This document shows, piece after piece, positions 1-7,906 of a stretch of 25,275 nucleotides of DNA (position 1 is its first letter; each line of letters opens with the position of its first letter). This DNA is from an archaeon. GTDB taxonomy: Archaea; Thermoproteota; Nitrososphaeria_A; Caldarchaeales; Wolframiiraptoraceae. The position numbers and the translations under genes are program-made. The notes under the pieces are model-generated. The model was not told where the DNA came from. It saw only the letters and a program-made list of their open reading frames with translations, and did no database searches. The stretch is from the NCBI GenBank assembly GCA_029258815.1, contig JAPDJZ010000160.1, positions 1-25,275 on the forward strand, in the 5' to 3' direction.

Positions 1-146
1 CTGAAATTCAGGCTCCACAAAATGATTTTCCGGCTGATCCCTTAATGTGATAGGCGTTCTTTTTCACTCTTCTCCTGACTTTAAACCAGTTTGGGAAGGT
101 GGATAAGCTTTGAGTTGGAAACAGGTTTCCAATGGTTGGAAGCGGC

Positions 147-944
147 TTAGCTGAAGTCCCCCTTTATGTACGCCTTCGTGAGGATGCTCTTTGGGTTCTT
201 GAAGATCCGCTCGGCCTCCCCCTGCTCGACGACCCTCCCCTCGAAGATGAAGACCACGTGCTCGGCGAGCCTCATGGCCTGGTGAACGTTATGCGTAACG
301 ACGACTATCGTGTAGTCTCTCGAGAGCCGTATAAGCAGGTCCTCGATCCTCTTGGTCGAGGCTGGGTCTAGGGATGAGGTCGGCTCGTCGAGTAAGAGCA
401 CCTCGGGCTCGACGGCCAGGGCTCTGGCGATGCAGAGCCTCTGCTGCTGGCCTCCGCTTAGATTGAAGGCCGAGTCCCTGAGCCTGTCCCTGACCTCCTC
501 CCATAGGCCGACCTTCTCCAAGTTCTCTCGAACGGCCTTATCGAGAACCCTCCTATCCTTCACGCCGCCTATCCTCAGCCCGTAGGCCACGTTATCGTAG
601 ATGGACATGGGCAGCGGTATGGGCTTCTGGAAGACCATCCCGATCTTCCTCCTAATGGCGTTCGGGTCGGCCGAGCCCGAGTAGATGTCCACGCCGCGGA
701 AGTACACCTTCCCCTCGATCCTCGCGCCCTCGACCTCCAGCAGCCTGTTGAACGCCTTTAGCAGGGTCGACTTGCCGCATCCGCTCGGCCCCATTATCGC
801 CGTAATCCTCTTCGAGGGGATTATCACGTCCACGTCCTTGAGCGCGTGAACCCTCCCATACCAGACATTCAGCCTCTCGGATCTCAGTATCGGCTCATAC
901 TCTAAAGCCCTTCTCAAGAGGGTTTTCTTAGCCTGCATCCCCAT
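147..944 (-). CDS. pstB: Phosphate ABC transporter ATP-binding protein PstB (start ATG at 944 or 938)
   Basis: Walker A GPSGCGKST, signature LSGGQQQRLCIARALA, LLLDEPTSSLD; last gene of pstS-C-A-B run. Confidence 0.96.
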   Translation of the reverse strand: MGMQAKKTLLRRALEYEPILRSERLNVWYGRVHALKDVDVIIPSKRITAIMGPSGCGKSTLLKAFNRLLEVEGARIEGKVYFRGVDIYSGSADPNAIRRKIGMVFQKPIPLPMSIYDNVAYGLRIGGVKDRRVLDKAVRENLEKVGLWEEVRDRLRDSAFNLSGGQQQRLCIARALAVEPEVLLLDEPTSSLDPASTKRIEDLLIRLSRDYTIVVVTHNVHQAMRLAEHVVFIFEGRVVEQGEAERIFKNPKSILTKAYIKGDFS

Positions 945-1785
945 ACAACCTCCTAGTGAAATAGTTTCTGAGCATGATGGAGGGTATGCTGACCGCGAGG
1001 AACAGCGCTATCAACACGAGGGCAGTTCCGTAAGCCATCCTCAAGCCCTCGCTAGTATTCGCGATCTCGCCAGCTATCAGGTAGAGGTGGACCGGAAGGG
1101 TTCTAGCGGGATCCAAGGGCGAGGCCGGGATGTATCCCGCGACCCCCATCCCGGCGGTCATCATGACGACGGCGGTCTCCCCGACCGCCTTGCCGAGCCC
1201 GAGCATCAAGCCGGTTATTATCGCCGACCTCGCAGCCGCGTAAACCACGCTTCTAATCGTCTTCCACTTAGACGCTCCGAGGGCCAGGCTAGCATACCTA
1301 TACTCCCTGGGAACGGCTCTAATCGCCTCCTCCGAGACCCTGACGGTCCACGGTAGGATCATGAAGGCCAGGGCGATGGCTCCCGAGAGGATCGAGAACC
1401 CGAGGCCGAGGCCGTGGACGAGGAACGCGTACCCGAATAATCCTATGACTATCGACGGTATGCCGGCCAGCAGCTCGACGAAGAACCTGACGACCTTCGT
1501 GAAGACGTTCTCCGGAGCGTATTCGGCGAGATAGGTTCCGGCGCCGATCCCGATCGGGGCTGCTATCAGCATGCATAGCGCCGAGACGTAGATCGAGCCC
1601 ATTATCGCCGGGAGTATCCCTCCCTCCAATCCGCCCTTCTCGGGGAAGCCTGTGATGAATCTCCAGCTTATCGCGGACGCACCGTTGAAGAGCAGGAACG
1701 AGATTATGGCCCCGGCTAGGATCGCCGGAATGAGGGAGGCGAGCCAGGTCAAGATCTCGATCAGGATTTCAGATCCCCTTCGCAT
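928..1785 (-). CDS. pstA: Phosphate ABC transporter permease PstA
   Basis: Multiple TM segments; YLAEY, ELLAGIPSIVIGLFG, EEAIRAVP..YR.ASLALGASKW EAA loop, GETA motif. Confidence 0.93.
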   Translation of the reverse strand: MRRGSEILIEILTWLASLIPAILAGAIISFLLFNGASAISWRFITGFPEKGGLEGGILPAIMGSIYVSALCMLIAAPIGIGAGTYLAEYAPENVFTKVVRFFVELLAGIPSIVIGLFGYAFLVHGLGLGFSILSGAIALAFMILPWTVRVSEEAIRAVPREYRYASLALGASKWKTIRSVVYAAARSAIITGLMLGLGKAVGETAVVMMTAGMGVAGYIPASPLDPARTLPVHLYLIAGEIANTSEGLRMAYGTALVLIALFLAVSIPSIMLRNYFTRRLYGDAG

Positions 1786-2644
1786 GGATTCTCCCCCCGA
1801 GGATGTGGAATGCGAGGAGGTTGACGACCGCGGTTATGATGAACAAGACCACCCCGATGGCGAACAGCGCCCTCATCTGATCGGATCCCCAGACCGCGTA
1901 ATTGAACTCTATCACTATCGTCGAGGTCAGGACCCTAACCCTATCCAGGATGCTCGTCGGGATGTAGGGGACCTCCGGGTTGCCCACGACCATGAGGACG
2001 GCCATGGTCTCCCCGATGGCGTTCCCGAGCCCCAAGATTATCGAGGCCAGGATCCCGGATTTGGCCGCCGGCAGGACGACCCTCCTAATCGTCTGCCACT
2101 TGGATGCTCCGAGGGCTAGGCTCGCGTACCTATACTCTCTCGGAACGGCTTTGATCGCGTCGCTTGAGATGCAGATTACGTGCGGGAGGGTCATTACGGC
2201 TAGGACTATTCCGCCGGCTAGGATGCTGAAGCCCCATCCGCCGAAGGTCTCGGCTAGGATCGGGACGAGGAATACGAGCCCGACGAACCCGAGGACGACC
2301 GACGGTATGCCGACGAGAAGCTGGGTGGCCGACTCGATGAAACTCCTGAGGAGCCCGCTCCCGGAATACTCGGCTAGATAGATCGCGGCGAGAACGCCCA
2401 TCGGCGCGGCTAGTAGGATCGCTAGCCCGGAGACCGAGAGGGTTCCGATGACGGTCGGAAGGAGGCCGAATTGAGGCGGATCCGCGTAGGGCTTCCAGTA
2501 GAGCCCCGTCAGGAAGCTGAGGCCATACTTCGCTAGGAAGGGCAGCCCCTCGAGGAGCGTGTATCCGAAGATTAGGAAGACTACGAGGATCGAGGAGCCC
2601 GCGCATAAAAAGGTGAGGATTTTGACCGCATCATCGATCTTCAT
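1769..2644 (-). CDS. pstC: Phosphate ABC transporter permease PstC
   Basis: FGLLPTVIGT, GIPSVVLG, DAIKAVP..ASLALGA, GETMAVLMVVGN motifs; between pstS and pstA. Confidence 0.93.
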   Translation of the reverse strand: MKIDDAVKILTFLCAGSSILVVFLIFGYTLLEGLPFLAKYGLSFLTGLYWKPYADPPQFGLLPTVIGTLSVSGLAILLAAPMGVLAAIYLAEYSGSGLLRSFIESATQLLVGIPSVVLGFVGLVFLVPILAETFGGWGFSILAGGIVLAVMTLPHVICISSDAIKAVPREYRYASLALGASKWQTIRRVVLPAAKSGILASIILGLGNAIGETMAVLMVVGNPEVPYIPTSILDRVRVLTSTIVIEFNYAVWGSDQMRALFAIGVVLFIITAVVNLLAFHILGGRIHAKGI

Positions 2645-2645
2645 C

Positions 2646-3560
2646 TCAGCTCACCGGGTATAGTGGGATGTATCCGAGCTCCTCGACTATCTTCTGGCCC
2701 TCGGCGGACAGCAGGTATCCGATGAACATCAGCTCCGCCGGATCCGGATCGCCCTTGGTTACGACGTAGAGGTTTCTCTTGATCGGGTAGGTTCCCTTCA
2801 AGACGTTCTCGATCCTAGGCTCGATCCCGTCGATCCTCAGGGGCTTAACGGTCTCGTCCACGAATCCCAGGGAGATGTAGCCTATCGAGAGGGGGTCGTT
2901 CGCGACGGCGGCCCTAACCTTCGGGTTACCCTGCTGAACCATGGCCTCCGCCGAGACCTCCTTCCCGAACGGCTTCATGACCGCGTGCTCGAAGCAGTCC
3001 CTCGTCCCAGAGCCCTTCTCCCTCGTGATCACGTGGATGGGCTTATCCGGCCCCCCGACCTCCTTCCAATTCCTTATCTCTCCGGCGAAGATCTTGGCGA
3101 CCTGTTCTAGGGTTAGCTCGTTCACGGGGTTGGATGGGTGGACGACGATCGCGATGCTATCCATGGCGATCCTAAACGGCTTGAGATCTGGCCACCGCTC
3201 AAACTCCTCCTCCTTCAGATCCCTCGAAGCCATCCCTATATCGACCTCACCGCTTCCAACGGCCTTGATCCCGGGGCCGCTTCCGATCGCGGCGACCGAG
3301 ATCCTAAAGCCCGGATAAAGCTCGGAGAACCTCCTAGCGGCCTCCTCCACTATCGGCGCGACCGTCGTAGATCCGGCGACGTTAAGCCTAGCGTTCAGGC
3401 CGGCGGTCTCAACAACGGTCGTGGTAGCGGTCTTAACATTTGTCCGAGATATGCTCGATAAGGCGAAAGACGACGCGAGATATCCGGCGAGGAACATCGC
3501 CACGGCGACCGCGGCGAGGGCGGCGATCACGGTTCTGCCGGAGGCGGCTCCCCCGCTCAT
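2646..3560 (-). CDS. pstS: Phosphate ABC transporter substrate-binding protein PstS, N-terminal membrane anchor
   Basis: AGSTTV, GSGPG, DIGMASRDL, REKGSGTRDCF, YPIKRNLY motifs of the PBP2 PstS family. Confidence 0.94.
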   Translation of the reverse strand: MSGGAASGRTVIAALAAVAVAMFLAGYLASSFALSSISRTNVKTATTTVVETAGLNARLNVAGSTTVAPIVEEAARRFSELYPGFRISVAAIGSGPGIKAVGSGEVDIGMASRDLKEEEFERWPDLKPFRIAMDSIAIVVHPSNPVNELTLEQVAKIFAGEIRNWKEVGGPDKPIHVITREKGSGTRDCFEHAVMKPFGKEVSAEAMVQQGNPKVRAAVANDPLSIGYISLGFVDETVKPLRIDGIEPRIENVLKGTYPIKRNLYVVTKGDPDPAELMFIGYLLSAEGQKIVEELGYIPLYPVS

Positions 3561-3583
3561 CCTCAGCTAAGGTTTCCGCTGTT

Positions 3584-3626
3584 CTAATATATAGTTTCCC
3601 GATACAATCTATAGAACGGTATATAG
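3584..3626 (-). promoter_or_regulatory. pstS promoter region: TATA-like CTATATA boxes
   Basis: TATATAG (plus strand) 28-34 nt upstream of the pstS ATG; further TATAG copies end at 3614 and 3626. Confidence 0.55.
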
Positions 3627-3650
3627 ATATGGTATTCTCACGCAAACTAC

Positions 3651-3700
3651 ATAGCTGAGGGGCCGGCAAAAGGCTGATAGCTGAGGGGCTGAAAAGGCCA
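3651..3700 (+). repeat. Tandem imperfect direct repeat (ATAGCTGAGGGGC..AAAAGGC) x2
   Basis: ATAGCTGAGGGGC at 3651-3663 and 3677-3689, each followed by AAAAGGC. Confidence 0.8.
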
Positions 3701-3735
3701 TTCGCCGAGGGAGGCGCTCGAAGAGGAGGGAGGCC

Positions 3736-3966
3736 ATGGTATACGTTTGGAGGTTTCGGAGGTTTCCGGAGAAGGGCGTTGACCCGAAGAGTCTTAGGAT
3801 ACTCCTATACCTGAAGAACCACGGGCCGCATACCTCCCGGGAGATCGCTAGAACCCTCGGATACTCCCCCAACTTTATCCGAAAAGTTCTCCAGCGCCTG
3901 AGAAGGCTTGGGGCCGTCGAGGTCTACCTCAAGCCCAGCCGAGGACTCGAAGATTTTCAAGAATAA
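3736..3966 (+). CDS. Small winged helix-turn-helix DNA-binding protein
   Basis: LRILLYLKNHGPHTSREIARTLGYSPNFIRKVLQRLRRLGAVEV wHTH pattern; GGAGG SD upstream; divergent from pstS. Confidence 0.8.
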   Translation: MVYVWRFRRFPEKGVDPKSLRILLYLKNHGPHTSREIARTLGYSPNFIRKVLQRLRRLGAVEVYLKPSRGLEDFQE

Positions 3967-3994
3967 TTTCAAGCGCCTTTAAGCCGAGGCCGCC

Positions 3995-4006
3995 AAGAGT
4001 TATATC
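3995..4006 (+). promoter_or_regulatory. BRE/TATA promoter of SRP RNA
   Basis: AAGAG-TTATAT, TATA about 25-30 nt upstream of 4030. Confidence 0.65.
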
Positions 4007-4029
4007 TCCGAGGGGGCGGATAACCTATT

Positions 4030-4363
4030 GGGGCGGCGGCAGGTAGGGCCGGGGAGCTAGCCCTTCCCTGTAACCCGAAATGGGCTACACGCGGGGGCCA
4101 GTAACCCGGAGGGGCGCATGCGAGAGGGGAAGACCCGGCGGCGAAGCGCGGGGAGAGGAAGGTGCGCCCGCGCAGAGCCTCGTAGGAGGCCGACCCGCTC
4201 GTAGGGGTGGGCGACGGCCTCCGCGCACGCCGAACCGCGTTAGGCCCGGGAGGGAGCGGCGCTAAGGCGTGGCGGGGCTGCTGCGCGGATCCGTGCTGGA
4301 TCCTCGGCCGCTGCTTCGGGCTTCCCTTCCTCCTTGCCACCCTCCGGGGGCTGCCGCCGCCCC
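4030..4363 (+). ncRNA. Archaeal signal recognition particle (7S) RNA
   Basis: 13-bp terminal helix GGGGCGGCGGCAG/CTGCCGCCGCCCC; Alu motif CCCTGTAACCCGAAA; helix 6 with GTAG loop; helix 8 GAAC..AGGCCC-GGGA-GGGAGCGGC; long helix 5 can be paired by hand; T-rich tract follows. Confidence 0.93.
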
Positions 4364-4411
4364 CTATTCACCTTCAGCTATTGCTCGGCTTTCTCTTAAT
4401 CGGCAGGGAGA

Positions 4412-4425
4412 TTTCTTTTTATTTT
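4412..4425 (+). terminator. Oligo-T terminator after SRP RNA
   Basis: TTTCTTTTTATTTT about 50 nt downstream of the RNA 3' end. Confidence 0.55.
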
Positions 4426-4451
4426 CGCCGCTTTCTGCCTTTGGTAAGGCT

Positions 4452-5084
4452 ATGCCGCTTTCGGATCGTGATATTCGTAGGATCGTTAGGGAGGTTGATT
4501 CGGTTAAGGGCGTTGACGTCGTTAGGCTCGTCGAGGAGGCTTCGCCTTGGTTTAGGCTTCTCGATCCGCCGATACTCCGCTTATCCAAAGCTTTGGCCGG
4601 GCTGGGGGTCTTTCACGTTTTATACGGCTTTAGACCCCTCCCCCTCTACGGCGTCCCCCATATCGGGAGGGATAGAGTCTTCGCCGCCAGAGCCGATTCA
4701 GAAGATTTGAGGAAAATTTTCGAGGGGCTTTCGAGGGCGGGGTTCGGGGTTTTATCGAGGTCGGATGAAGGGGCCCGCCTACTTGATCTGGAGCGCTACG
4801 TTGTTATCGATCTGGTTTCGAGGCCGAGCTCGCTTAGCTGGGATGAGCGGATGGCCGAGAGATGCCTTGAGAGGAGCAGGGTGAAGATTTTATCCGCTGA
4901 GGATTACGCGGTCTCCCTCCTCTCGCGAGGCGCCGGGCTCATGGCCCTCGAGCTCGCCGGCAAGGTCATCTACGCTAACTTGGATAGGCTCGATCGAGAA
5001 TACCTGATGGCGAGGGCTTCCCAAGCCTCGGTCGAGGAGGCTGTGAGAGGCATCGTTGAGAAGCTTGAAGCCGCTAGTCGGTGA
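4452..5084 (+). CDS. Hypothetical protein (~210 aa), possibly a degenerate nucleotidyltransferase-like fold
   Basis: Host-like codon usage from ATG 4452; the longer ORF from 4269 overlaps the SRP RNA; fold guess from general resemblance only. Confidence 0.65.
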   Translation: MPLSDRDIRRIVREVDSVKGVDVVRLVEEASPWFRLLDPPILRLSKALAGLGVFHVLYGFRPLPLYGVPHIGRDRVFAARADSEDLRKIFEGLSRAGFGVLSRSDEGARLLDLERYVVIDLVSRPSSLSWDERMAERCLERSRVKILSAEDYAVSLLSRGAGLMALELAGKVIYANLDRLDREYLMARASQASVEEAVRGIVEKLEAASR

Positions 5085-6453
5085 TGAGCGTCCTAATTCT
5101 TAGGATAGCTCTTCCGAGAAGCTTCTTCACCCGCTCAACCACATCGTCCTCGAGCCACGCGGCTATGATTAGATCGGCGTCTCCGTAGACCTCGTCAACC
5201 CCCTCCACCTCATCCCACGAGAGAATCTCCCGAAGCTTCTCCCTAATCGGATATCTGGGGTCTAGGTTTAGGAGGATGTATGCTTTCTGAGGTTTTAGAA
5301 GCCGGGCTAAGGCCTGCTCGTCCACCTCGAGCCCCCTAGATCTTATGGCCTCCGCGATCTCCCGCGCGCTCAGGTCTCCACCCCGCTTCTCCGCGAGCCT
5401 CGCAAGCTCTATCGAGATCTCCCGCAACCTCTCCTCGGCCACCTCGCTTCTCAAGATCCTTCCGATGAGCTTCCTACTTAGATAGGTCGTGGCCTCGAAG
5501 AAGACCCTATCGAAGTCTCTTCCAAGCTTCCCAGCCGGAACGTAGCCTTCGGGGGCGCGCAGGGCCATGGACTGGTGGACCCCGGCTCGGATGGTCTGCG
5601 CCTCCCGGCTTAGCGGATGCCTGAAGGAGATCTTTATCCCGGTTAGCCTCGAGAACCACGCGTAAAGCTCCTTCAGCTTATCCCGCTTGATCCCGAGCCT
5701 GAATCCGTGCACGTCGATTAGGGGCGCGGCGACCTCGTAGAGATCCGCTATCCCGTTTCTATCGCCTATTCCGAGGATCGAGACGTGGAGCTCCTCGGCC
5801 CCGGCTAGGGCTGCTTCGAGCGTGTTCGCGGAGGCGTGTCCGTAATCGTTGTGGAAGTGGGCTGAGAGGGAGGTCCTGCACCTAGACTTAAGCTTCTCGA
5901 AGAAGTCCCTCGCCTGGCTTGGGGTCAGCATCCCGCACGTATCCGGAACGCTTACGACGGTCGCCCCGGCTTCTCCAAGCTCGTCGACGAGGGCGGAGAG
6001 CTCCCCGATCCCGCCGTCCCCGCCTAAGTAGTATCTCGACGCATCCTCGATCGTCGCCCTCCTATACCTGAAGCCGTAGGAGCGGGAGAGCTCGAGTGCT
6101 TCGATGAGCCTGCGCTTGGCTTCCTCGAGGCTTATCCCGCCGAGCTTGAACCTCCGATGAATCTCGGTCGTGGCGAGGTATACTCCGACGCCGTCGACGT
6201 CGTATTTCGCGGCGGCTTCCACGTCCCTCGGGTAGGCCCTTCCGTGGAGAACTACGGTTGCCTCGTAGCTTCGGAGGGCCTCGATTACCGCTTCGACGTC
6301 CCTTCGGGTGGTTCTGGGCGGGTAGTCCACCGTGAGCTCGATCCTGTCCACCCCCAGCTCGGCCAGCCTTCTCGCCAGCTCCACCCTAACCTCCCTCTCG
6401 AACCTCCTATAGAGTTCGCCCTCCCGAAGCGTCGTATCGAGTATCGCAGCCAT
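5074..6453 (-). CDS. Homocitrate synthase-like enzyme (LeuA/HCS DRE-TIM family) with C-terminal Lrp/AsnC-type RAM domain
   Basis: ILDTTLREGE, TIEDASR, VSVPDTCG, HFHNDYG metal site, AGVH; C-terminus AYILL..VDEVYGDADLII resembles RAM; same architecture as Sulfolobus homocitrate synthase; start ATG 6453. Confidence 0.8.
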   Translation of the reverse strand: MAAILDTTLREGELYRRFEREVRVELARRLAELGVDRIELTVDYPPRTTRRDVEAVIEALRSYEATVVLHGRAYPRDVEAAAKYDVDGVGVYLATTEIHRRFKLGGISLEEAKRRLIEALELSRSYGFRYRRATIEDASRYYLGGDGGIGELSALVDELGEAGATVVSVPDTCGMLTPSQARDFFEKLKSRCRTSLSAHFHNDYGHASANTLEAALAGAEELHVSILGIGDRNGIADLYEVAAPLIDVHGFRLGIKRDKLKELYAWFSRLTGIKISFRHPLSREAQTIRAGVHQSMALRAPEGYVPAGKLGRDFDRVFFEATTYLSRKLIGRILRSEVAEERLREISIELARLAEKRGGDLSAREIAEAIRSRGLEVDEQALARLLKPQKAYILLNLDPRYPIREKLREILSWDEVEGVDEVYGDADLIIAAWLEDDVVERVKKLLGRAILRIRTLITD

Positions 6454-6587
6454 CCTTACGCCTTCGCATGCGGTCTCCCCGGATTTTAACTGTTGATTCG
6501 CGAAACGTAGCATTTTGGCGATTTTCGTGGGCGGAGCAGGCGCGCGAATCGTTTTTAGAAGGCTCGTCCAGACTGAACCTGGGATTC

Positions 6588-6863
6588 ATGGCGAACTTCC
6601 AAGTAATCTTCTCGGGGAACGAGGACGAGCTCTCCAGGTTCGTCCTAGCGTGGAAGATGGCCTCCGAGGTTAAGAGGTACGATGAATTGAAGAATCAGAT
6701 CCGGGAGCTCGAGAAGAGGGTCGAGGATCTTAGGAAGAAGATTATGGGGCTCGAGGAGGAGAAGCTGAAGCTTCAGCGGGAGATCGCCGAGCTTTCGTCG
6801 CTCAGGGAGGGGCTTCGCAGGGAAGTCGAGGTTGGTAGGCAGTCGCGTCCAGCCGCGCCCTAG
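6588..6863 (+). CDS. Small coiled-coil hypothetical protein (~91 aa)
   Basis: Heptad pattern YDELKNQIRELEKRVEDLRKKIMGLEEEKLKLQREIAEL; ATG 6588; fills the gap between two genes. Confidence 0.75.
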   Translation: MANFQVIFSGNEDELSRFVLAWKMASEVKRYDELKNQIRELEKRVEDLRKKIMGLEEEKLKLQREIAELSSLREGLRREVEVGRQSRPAAP

Positions 6864-7870
6864 CTTTTTATAGCTAGGTTGATTACTATCTCGGCTATAT
6901 CCGCGCCGTACTCCGCGATCCGCTTGAGGCTTTCCACGATGAGCCTTAAGCCCACCGCTGCCTCCATATTCAGCTTGGACTCAGAGATCCGCTTAACCAG
7001 CCCGTTCTCTAGAGACTCCAGGCTCTCGACCTCGAGTATCAGCCTATTCGCCTGCTTCAGGTTCATCTTGAAGACGGATTCCATGGCCTTCTCGTAGATC
7101 GAGAGGGCGGCTCCGCCGAGCTCGATAACCCCCTCCATTATCGGCGAATTTCTCCTAGCCTTCACCAGGGGTATCTGGCTAGCTATGCTCGTCGCGTGAT
7201 CCGCTATCCTCTCTATGCTCTTTATGATCAGCCGGTAGCCCAGGCACTCCCTAGGGCTCTTCAACCCGAGCTCCCTCATGAGCAGCGCGTTCTCCACCGC
7301 GGCCTTGAGCTGCCTAACGCAGAACAGGTAGAATCTATCGACCTCGTCGTCCCTCTGGACTACGTCGTTCGCGAGCGATTCGTCGCCCTCCTTGAGAGCC
7401 TTCAAGGCGTCCCTGCACATGGAGAGGGTCATGAGGTGCATTCGGTTCAGGACCTCCTTTATCGGGAAGTCCACGTGGCCCACCAGGCACCGGATCAGCA
7501 TGTGGTTCGCGGACTCCTCGATCGACTCCAATCCTATCAGCTTCGCCCTCATCAGATTCTTCAGGTAGGGCTTGAACTCGTCGACATCCCCCATGAAGCC
7601 CACCCGGATGACGTCGTAGCCCGCGAGATAGCAGGCTATCAGCTCTCGAGCGAGCTCCTCAGGCCTATTCTCGGGGGTGGCCGTTATCCTAGCCTCGAGC
7701 TGCTCCCCGGGCTTCTGCCTCGGGATTAGGAGGAGGGTGGAGTCCGGCTGGGGGATTAGCTGAACGTAGTCGCCGGGCTTCAGGTTCGCGGCCTCGGCCC
7801 AGCTCTTCGGCAGGGATACTATATAGGTCGACCCTCCGGTAAGCTGAATTCTGCGGAGGAAGAAGGACAT
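6860..7870 (-). CDS. phoU: Phosphate uptake regulator, archaeal AbrB/SpoVT-PhoU fusion
   Basis: N-terminal RRIQLTGGSTYIVSLPKSW AbrB-like domain plus two PhoU repeats (DDEVDRFY, SIERIADHA, LKRIAEYGADIAE). Confidence 0.92.
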   Translation of the reverse strand: MSFFLRRIQLTGGSTYIVSLPKSWAEAANLKPGDYVQLIPQPDSTLLLIPRQKPGEQLEARITATPENRPEELARELIACYLAGYDVIRVGFMGDVDEFKPYLKNLMRAKLIGLESIEESANHMLIRCLVGHVDFPIKEVLNRMHLMTLSMCRDALKALKEGDESLANDVVQRDDEVDRFYLFCVRQLKAAVENALLMRELGLKSPRECLGYRLIIKSIERIADHATSIASQIPLVKARRNSPIMEGVIELGGAALSIYEKAMESVFKMNLKQANRLILEVESLESLENGLVKRISESKLNMEAAVGLRLIVESLKRIAEYGADIAEIVINLAIKS

Positions 7871-7906
7871 GCCCCGGTTATAGATTTTGGGGGCCGGTAT
7901 ATAGTC

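Noticed and set aside
4288-4304. GGATCC-N5-GGATCC hairpin as a novel extra SRP helix
   Set aside because: Falls in a helix-5 internal loop that can also pair with the opposite strand; not resolvable without covariation
4030-4363. Permuted or BHB-processed SRP RNA as in Thermoproteus
   Set aside because: Domain order is normal and there is no BHB at the termini
3969-4710. ORFs 3969-4340, 4080-4265, 4207-4710 and the 4269 start of the downstream gene
   Set aside because: Overlap the GC-rich SRP RNA; open by composition
6495-6550. GATTCGCG/CGCGAATC inverted repeat between the HCS-like and coiled-coil genes
   Set aside because: Only 8 bp with a ~40-nt spacer; no second instance; too weak to call an operator
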